37,820 nucleotides of DNA, taken from a virus (Duplodnaviria; Caudoviricetes). Position numbers and translations under genes: made by a program. Shown one piece after another: positions 33,601 through 37,820 of this stretch (positions are counted from its first letter, which is position 1; each line of letters starts with the position of its first letter). The stretch covers positions 1-37,820 of IMG/VR virus record IMGVR_UViG_3300024187_000016. One strand, written 5' to 3'. The notes below the pieces were generated by a model. That model did not search any database. It was not told the origin of the DNA and saw only the letters and a list, made by a program, of their open reading frames with translations.

Positions 33601-35148
33601 GACTACTCGCCGACGCCGGCCGAGATCGGCGCGCTCGCCGCGCAGAACGTCCCATTCCAGCTCTCAACGGCCGGGCACTTCTACCAGGTCCAGGGCGGGT
33701 CGCTCGGCGGGCTGAACGTCGGCGGCTCCGGGGTTGCTGCTGGCGGGTCAGCGACGATGTCGTTAGACCAGATCACGGCGCTTTCCGGCGCGATCAACGG
33801 GATCATTACGCTCGCTCCGCAGATGGGCGCCGCGCTCACGATGGCGTCGGCCGAAGGCGGCACGGCGCTCTCCGGGCTGCTGCTCTCGGCGACGACGCTC
33901 TCCGACGGCTCGACGGTCGCCATTACGCAGATGGGCCAGCAGATCACGGCGTCGATCGTCGACGCCTCCGGCCAGGTCGTCGCCACCTACGGCCAGATGG
34001 CCGAGACCGTCGTCACCCAGACGGCGACGATGGCGGCCGGCAGCCTGACCTCGATCACGAACCTGGGCACCGGGATCATGACGACGATCACCGACTCGGC
34101 CGGGTCGACGATCACGACGATCACCGATATGAGCGGCCAGGTGACGTCACAGTACGCGACGCTGGCGAACGGCGTCAGCTTGACGATGGGCGACATGGCG
34201 GCCGGCGTGCTGACGTCGACGACCGATCTTGGCACCGGCGTCATGACCACCGTCCAGGACATGAGCGGCAACTACATCACGACGATCACCGACCTGAGCG
34301 GCAACGTCACGAGCCAGTACGTCTCGCTGGGAGCCGCGGCGACGGCCGAGACCGCGACGATGGCCGCTGCCGTGACCGCTGAGACGGCGACGATGAGCGC
34401 CGACGTCCTGACGTCCGTCACCGACATGGGCGACGGGACCATGACGATCACGCAGAACGCGGCCGGCGAGATGGTCGCGACGATCACCGATATGAGCGGC
34501 AACGTCACGAGCCAGTACTCGACGATGAGCAGCGAAGCGAGCGCCGAGACCGCGCAGATGGCGAGCGACGTCGTCGCGGATTTCCAGCAGCTTGCGTCGG
34601 ACGCGACCGCTGCGGCGCAGGAGCTCGGCTCGGGCTACGTCGGCGAGATGCAGAGCACGGGTGGCGACGTCCAGGAAGAGGCCGAGCAGTGGATGCAGGA
34701 CATCCTCGATACGCTCGAGTCGGCGATTAGCGACGCAAAAGACCAGGCGTCCGAGATCGGCTCGGGGATCACCGACGGGATCGCCGAAGGGATCAAAGAC
34801 GGTTCCGACGCGGTGATGGACGCCGTCTCCGATGTGATCGACGACGCGATCGACGAGGCGAAAGACGAGGCCGAGTCCGACTCGCCGTCGAAGCTGTTCG
34901 CCCGCGAGCTCGGCCTGCCGATCGCTCAGGGCGTCGCCGTCGGGATCGAGAAAGGCTCCGGCCTGGTCGCCGACGCGACGCGTGGCCTGGTCGGCGTCCC
35001 AGAGTACGCGGCGCCGCTACCCGGCGGCTCGGGCGCCGGCGGCAGCCTGGACACGATCGTCCTGAAGATCGACATCGGCGGAAGAGTCGCCGAGGAGATC
35101 TACGTCACCGGACGCGAGCTGGCGATCGCTCGCGGGAGGGGCGGCTGA
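30655..35148 (+). CDS. Tape measure protein with SLT and C39-like peptidase domains
   Basis: Tape-measure N-domain (FAATTPFEF...ELNQL.EQG.P), Trp-periodic repeats, SLT motifs QES/GLTQLMP/AYNAG, NQF...CGPAA...GHF, and a C-terminal SPSKLF. Confidence 0.95.
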   Translation: MPDVASLSVVVSANTTDLERGLQQADQQVSSFGKSMASVFSGIGVGLGIKAFDVITDGFKAAGDAAIGFNSNMEQSTIAFTSMLGSAEKAQAFLDDMKQFAATTPFEFPDLLQASKQMMAFGFAAQDVRPLLTAVGSAAAAMGTGRSGVDSITKALGQMKAATVVQAGELNQLTEQGVPAFQILADAMGISTGEVKKLASEGKIASDVFITAFQNWAQNNYGDMMAKQALTFEGAISTIKDSLTFAAAEAFKPFFELMSAGAVQLASFVQSDTFASWAQATAATVRTAFQVIADSVRTIQQVMAGDWSPAENIQPVTLAVGELAVAFRDNLWPAIQVVVGFVTGTLVPALQAVGTFLAEHAELIAGLAAAWAAFAVISTVAGWIMGAIAAFGAFSTAITAAGGVIAAIIAVIGGPLTLVILAIAAVIGVLTAAWIGNWGDIQGKTATAIAAITAAIQTGLTAIQGFWTAHGQQIMTIVTAFWTIITTQFTLAWTVLSGIITVGMQLLSGDWQAAWTTITTVAQAIWDSWGTILTAVWTIITTLFGEQIAAVQSAWTAGWTAIETALQTAWTTIQGVVQAGWDAVTGIFTAAWNLLSAENQTRVTALITLITELWTTLGQLWTTGTTAVTTLVTTWWAGQVTFWTTQTTAFVTFLTRWWADIVALWTKAQDDVAALVEPWWTTIKGYWDVALKYITDALAKVWADIVTATTTFFTDLGTKFTEAQTTLGQAATDLGTAIMESLKTAINAKVQSIVDSVTGAVKSALDAARSLIGGASGSSGNAAWDQIAREEGVDPSLLASLIQQESGGNQSARSGAGAIGLTQLMPGTAASMGLDPNDPAQNVRGGARYLKQMLDQFGDEERALIAYNAGPGGGSPAESRAYAQRVLAGRVKLPAGVGAAQQNMTPQINQFGLQGGTLTAAEAAAFCGPAAAMWFANIYGRMPDKAEAEAMARSIGWTPEWGMTGPGSEQRLLSMMGVASNVDYSPTPAEIGALAAQNVPFQLSTAGHFYQVQGGSLGGLNVGGSGVAAGGSATMSLDQITALSGAINGIITLAPQMGAALTMASAEGGTALSGLLLSATTLSDGSTVAITQMGQQITASIVDASGQVVATYGQMAETVVTQTATMAAGSLTSITNLGTGIMTTITDSAGSTITTITDMSGQVTSQYATLANGVSLTMGDMAAGVLTSTTDLGTGVMTTVQDMSGNYITTITDLSGNVTSQYVSLGAAATAETATMAAAVTAETATMSADVLTSVTDMGDGTMTITQNAAGEMVATITDMSGNVTSQYSTMSSEASAETAQMASDVVADFQQLASDATAAAQELGSGYVGEMQSTGGDVQEEAEQWMQDILDTLESAISDAKDQASEIGSGITDGIAEGIKDGSDAVMDAVSDVIDDAIDEAKDEAESDSPSKLFARELGLPIAQGVAVGIEKGSGLVADATRGLVGVPEYAAPLPGGSGAGGSLDTIVLKIDIGGRVAEEIYVTGRELAIARGRGG

Positions 35149-36689
35149 TGGCCGAGCTGCCCGCGCAAGCGCACTATGACGTCGCTATCGACTGGCAGGC
35201 CGACGGCGACTTCACCGACGCGCTCGATAACGTCACGCCGCGGGTCTTAGCCGATCCCGGGATCTCGAGCGAGTACGGCCGCGATACCGCCAGGTCGACA
35301 GCTCCGCCGATGATCGGTGTGACCGACTTCGTGCTGGACAACCGCGACCGCATGCTCTCACCCGAGAACGCGGCGTCGCCGGCCTACCAGTTCTTGCTGC
35401 CGGGTCGGCCGGTCCGCGTACGAGCGCTCCACGGCACTCGCACGCGCTACCGCGAGCACCGGCTGTACCGCGACACGATCCCGTACCGCGGCCGCGCGGA
35501 CTACGGGTTTATCAGCGGCCAGGTCGAGTCGCTCGAGCAGCACCCCGAGTACGGGCAGATGGTCGTCTCGGTCTCGGCGCTCTCGACCATGGCCCGGCTT
35601 CAGCGGCAGGTCGTCAGCGTGCCGTTGTGGGGCGTGACCCGGACCGACACGGCGGTCGGCTACGTGCTCGATGCTGCCGGCTGGCCGTCGTCGCAGTACT
35701 CGCTCGCCGTCTCAGACTCGACGCTGCGCCAGTTCTGGGTCGACGAGCGCCCGGCCTGGGACGTCTTGCTCCAGCTGGTGCGGACCGAGGGTCCGGGCTC
35801 GGTGCTCTACCAGGACGGCTACGGCACGCTCATCTGGAAGAACCGCAACCATCGAGCGACCGACCCGCGCAGCCTGACCGTCCAGGCGCGGCTGACGGAC
35901 GGGACGGTGCCGGCCGCTGCTGGCGACCTGCCGTACCAGCAGCTCACGTATTCGCCGCAGTGGGCCGACATCATCACGCGCGCGACGATCACCGTCAAAG
36001 CGCGCGAGCTGGCTGCCGCGCCCGAAGTGATCTGGGAGCTCGGCGCGTCGATGGCGCCGCCGATCGGCACGGTCGTCGTCTGGGCGCGCCCGGATGATCC
36101 GTTTCTGTCAGCGATCGCTCCGGTCGCCGGGACCGACTACACGGTGGCCGGCGGGACCGCGACCGTCGCGCTCGAGTGGACCAACGGCGCCGTCGCCAAG
36201 CTGAACGTGACCGGGCTGACGGGATCTCCGGTCGTCTCGGACTTGCAGCTCCGGGCCTATCCGTTCCGGGTCGTCGGCGAGACGACCGTCGAGACGAAGG
36301 CCCCGGCTGGTGACCCGACGCTCGAGAAGACGCTGACGATCGACGCCTGGCCGGAGCTCGACCCGAATCACGCCCGGTCGATCTGCGACAGCTACGTCTC
36401 GCGCTACATGCGGAGCGTGCCGATCATCACGGCGACCGTCACGGCGACCGACGCCGCGATGCTCCGCCGCGTGCTCGACCTCCAGATCTCGGACCGCCTG
36501 TCGGTCGTCAATCGCCATCTCGGGCTTGCCGGGACGGAGATGTTTATCGAGAAGATCGCGCACCGCATCACGCGCGGCGGCGCGCACACCGTGATCCTGT
36601 CGCTCGAGCCGGCCGCCGCGATCGGAGCTGTCGGCGCCGTCTGGGACATCGCGCGCTGGGACGCGCCGACGTCGGTCTGGGGAGTCTAA
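35148..36689 (+). CDS. Minor tail / baseplate hub protein
   Basis: Directly follows the tape measure gene; LDNRD...SP.N, GRPVRV, L.ISDR..V and a Trp-repeat C-terminus typical of siphophage tip proteins. Confidence 0.7.
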   Translation: MAELPAQAHYDVAIDWQADGDFTDALDNVTPRVLADPGISSEYGRDTARSTAPPMIGVTDFVLDNRDRMLSPENAASPAYQFLLPGRPVRVRALHGTRTRYREHRLYRDTIPYRGRADYGFISGQVESLEQHPEYGQMVVSVSALSTMARLQRQVVSVPLWGVTRTDTAVGYVLDAAGWPSSQYSLAVSDSTLRQFWVDERPAWDVLLQLVRTEGPGSVLYQDGYGTLIWKNRNHRATDPRSLTVQARLTDGTVPAAAGDLPYQQLTYSPQWADIITRATITVKARELAAAPEVIWELGASMAPPIGTVVVWARPDDPFLSAIAPVAGTDYTVAGGTATVALEWTNGAVAKLNVTGLTGSPVVSDLQLRAYPFRVVGETTVETKAPAGDPTLEKTLTIDAWPELDPNHARSICDSYVSRYMRSVPIITATVTATDAAMLRRVLDLQISDRLSVVNRHLGLAGTEMFIEKIAHRITRGGAHTVILSLEPAAAIGAVGAVWDIARWDAPTSVWGV

Positions 36690-36690
36690 C

Positions 36691-37305
36691 GTGGTAACGG
36701 TCTACCCTGGCGCGCTGCACCCGATGCCGAACCCGGGTGCGACGACCTACTGCGACGACCCGGGCTTCGAGCTCGACTCGCTGGTCGCGCAACTCGGCGA
36801 CATCGCCGAGGCGTTGCAGGTCAAGCTCGGGCTCGGCGTCTCGGTCCCGGCGGCCGGGCAGGTCCTCCGCGGCACCGGAGCCGGCTCGAGCGCGTTCGGA
36901 GCAATCCAGACGGGTGACGTCGCGGCCAATGCGATCACCCAGGTCGGCCTCTCCGGGAATTTCACCGGGACGACGACCTCGGGGTCGCCAGTCGCGATCG
37001 CCGGGAGCGACGTCGCGCTCACGACCGTGGCTGGGAGTACCGTGCTGGTCTGGGCGTCCATGGCTGCGTCGCATAGCGCGGCCGCCAACAGCGTGTTCCT
37101 GCAGGTCAACGTCGACGGAGGCGCGGCGCCCGTCGAGACCATGACCACGCTGCCGACCGCAAACCAGCAGCTGAACATCCTGACGATCTGGCGCTTTACC
37201 GGGCTCTCGGCTGCCGCGCACACGTTCCGCGCGCTCTGGCGGACAACCGCGGCGACGGCGACGGCTCAGGGCGGGTTCATGCTCGCGCTCGAGGTGCGGC
37301 GATGA
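36691..37305 (+). CDS. Minor tail / fibre-type protein
   Basis: GQVL.G.G, I.TGDVAANAIT, a beta-sandwich-like C-terminus, and position. Confidence 0.65.
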   Translation: MVTVYPGALHPMPNPGATTYCDDPGFELDSLVAQLGDIAEALQVKLGLGVSVPAAGQVLRGTGAGSSAFGAIQTGDVAANAITQVGLSGNFTGTTTSGSPVAIAGSDVALTTVAGSTVLVWASMAASHSAAANSVFLQVNVDGGAAPVETMTTLPTANQQLNILTIWRFTGLSAAAHTFRALWRTTAATATAQGGFMLALEVRR

Positions 37306-37820
37306 GGGTCACGAAACGGCTCGAGCTCGGTCTACTCGAGACCGAGCTCCGAGCGGCGAGCGTGCCGTTCAACGGCCTGGGAACCGTGCCGATTGAGGAT
37401 GGCTCCGCGACCGAGCTGTTCACCTACGATGCGAGCGGGATGCCGACGGATCTGCCACCGGGCGCCGTGCCGGTCGTCGATGCCCACACGGCGCCGCCGC
37501 TGGTCGTCGCGTACGTCGAGACCCGGAGCGTCGCCGCCGTGACGCGGACGACCGACGGGGCGTTCCACGAGATCTGGCGCCTGGCGACGGCGCCGAAGCA
37601 CGTCTATCGGGCTACGCTCGAGATGCAGGCGACCGACGCGAGCGACGGGACGACCAAGGCCCAGCAGGCCGTCCTCGTCTTCAAGGGGACGGCCGCGGCG
37701 GTCGTGCAGGTCGGCGCGACGGTTGCGCTCTGGATGGCGCAGGACGCGGCGGCCGCGGCCTGGACGATTCAGGCGCAGGTTCAGGGGACGGAGCTGGTGT
37801 TCGGTGTGCGAGGCGCCGCC
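37302..37820 (+). CDS. Tail-associated protein, 3' truncated, not in the ORF track
   Basis: ATGA overlap with the upstream gene; open for 173 codons to the window edge (MRVTKRLELGLLETELRAA...FGVRGAA). Confidence 0.7.
   Translation, partial: MRVTKRLELGLLETELRAASVPFNGLGTVPIEDGSATELFTYDASGMPTDLPPGAVPVVDAHTAPPLVVAYVETRSVAAVTRTTDGAFHEIWRLATAPKHVYRATLEMQATDASDGTTKAQQAVLVFKGTAAAVVQVGATVALWMAQDAAAAAWTIQAQVQGTELVFGVRGAA

Larger units (their letters stand above)
1..37820 (+). mobile_element. Temperate siphophage genome or prophage, both ends truncated by the window
   Basis: Continuous lambdoid module order (integrase, repressor/cro, replication, terminase, portal, protease, HK97 capsid, neck, tail tube, tape measure). 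Genes are tightly coupled by ATGA/TGATG overlaps. No host housekeeping gene is present. Confidence 0.97.

Noticed and set aside
33880-34520. CRISPR array or DGR template/variable repeats
   Set aside because: The repeats are in-frame protein repeats with synonymous divergence. There are no constant repeat-spacer units, no adenine-specific variation and no reverse transcriptase in the window.
1-37820. tRNA, rRNA, IS elements or inteins
   Set aside because: No cloverleaf, transposase or intein motifs were seen by eye, and terminase, portal and capsid lengths need no insertions. A tRNAscan/Infernal run would be needed to be certain.

Overview
The whole window reads as one high-GC temperate siphophage (HK97-type head, long non-contractile tail). 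It is cut inside a probable lysin gene on the left and inside a tail gene on the right. Gene order is: lysin 3' end, accessory genes, large serine integrase, CI/Cro-like switch, a three-gene 7-deazaguanine module (YhhQ/VUT transporter, QueF-like, DpdA/TGT-like), minimal PolX, ssDNA-annealing protein, replication initiator with internal repeats, two DNA methyltransferases and nucleases, HNH, terminases, portal-MuF fusion, a glycosyltransferase/methyltransferase island, Com-like zinc ribbon, protease, capsid, neck, tail tube, frameshifted tail chaperone, a tape measure carrying enzyme domains, and tail tip genes. The most notable observations are: (1) a Com-like protein followed by two tandem Mu-com-type RNA hairpins that compete with an RBS-masking/terminator stem in front of the capsid-tail operon; (2) a salvage-only cassette predicted to place archaeosine (dG+) or a related base in DNA; (3) an HNH gene with a T4-style promoter/hairpin translational lock that has displaced a ParB-like gene; (4) a GT2-methyltransferase-GT4 island inside the head operon; (5) a REP-like repeat inserted in frame in a glycosyltransferase. 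All calls come from motif recognition by eye, with no database searches. The host cannot be determined; the protein style suggests a high-GC soil bacterium such as Chloroflexota or Actinomycetota, which is inference only.
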